The notes under the pieces: model-generated
Database searches by the model: none
What the model saw: the letters and a program-made list of their open reading frames with translations, nothing else
Told to the model about the DNA's origin: nothing
Made by a program: the position numbers and the translations under genes
Shown here: positions 63,330 to 64,000 of the stretch, piece after piece
Numbering within the stretch: the first letter of the stretch is position 1
Layout of the letters: each line of letters begins with the position of its first letter
Assembly (NCBI RefSeq): GCF_001194135.2
Contig: NC_068997.1
Location: 8,605,720 to 8,669,719 of the forward strand
Direction of reading: 5' to 3'
DNA from: Octopus bimaculoides
Taxonomy: Eukaryota
DNA: 64,000 bases

Positions 63330-63620
63330 GCACCAGTAGGTTATTCCGTCCAGTTGATCTGATCAACAGAACAGCCTGCACGTCAAATTAACGTGCAAGC
63401 GGCTGAGCACTCCACAGACACGTGTACTCTTAACGTAGTCCTCAGAGAGATTCATCCAGACACAGAGTGTGAGACAAGGCTGGCCCTTTGAATTACTGGT
63501 ACAACTCATTTTTGCCAGTTGAGTAGACTGGAGGAATGGAAAATGAAGTGTCTGGGAATTGAACTCACAACTTTACAATTTTGAGCTGAACACCTTAAAT
63601 ACTTAACCATGTTCCTTCAC
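63330..63620 (-). mobile_element. SINE family D2
   Basis: Reverse complement of the shared D module (CCAGTTGATC..AACGTGCAAG..GCACTCCACAGACACGTGTAC..CAAGGCTGGCCCTTTGAA) plus a tRNA-like head. Confidence 0.75.
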
Positions 63621-64000
63621 AACATACATGGATCAGGATTGGCCCATAGACTAGTGAGGCCCCTGGGCAACTGCTTCATGTGTCCAAGCCTTAAGAGTGC
63701 ATTGTAACTCACACCTCTGTAGATTGTGGTTCTCTGTTTTGCTGACTTCAATGTTTTTTTTTTCTTTTCAACAAGTGTTGGTTGAGGGCCATGTTGGTTG
63801 CTGATATGGGATTTTGGGACAAGAAATATTAAATACAGCTAACTGTGTTGCTCTAAGTACATATGTGCATGTATGTTTGTGTGTGTGTGTGTGTCTGATG
63901 TTCTGCAAGTATGTGTTTTGTTCTGTTTATGTGTGTGTATGTTTATTACTCTGTGTGTGTGTGTTAGTTGCCTTGTGTGTGTGGTGTTTTCTCAGTGTGT

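Overview
AT-rich eukaryotic genomic DNA full of microsatellites, with 13 N-gaps. The repeat content strongly suggests an octopus (coleoid cephalopod) short-read assembly; this is an inference, not a database result. I found no recognisable host protein-coding exon, rRNA, intact tRNA or CRISPR array. The supplied ORFs are microsatellite or N read-throughs, repeat-derived, or unrecognised. The only convincing protein homology is in retroelement remnants: an RTE-like C-terminus at 29106-29225 and an R4/Dong-like C-terminus at 61377-61553 and about 11965-12064. The window is dominated by tRNA-derived SINE families (my labels A, B, D, H), an RTE-tailed family (C), TTAA-flanked MITEs, TA-flanked mariner-like MITEs and two hAT MITEs with 8-bp target-site duplications (TSDs). 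It is probably mostly intron or intergenic sequence downstream of a CpG-retaining, promoter-like first 3 kb. The best leads are five: (1) a SINE-like element carrying a Penelope-type minimal hammerhead ribozyme fold (47521-47566, minus, with one core mutation); (2) repeated insertion of one SINE subfamily into the same site of another SINE; (3) a roughly 210-bp inverted duplication of unique sequence with a microhomology junction; (4) an R4/Dong-like remnant with a twin-priming-type 5' inversion; (5) two hairpins that could be pre-miRNA or ADAR substrates. Repeat boundaries without a stated TSD are approximate (about +/-10 bp).
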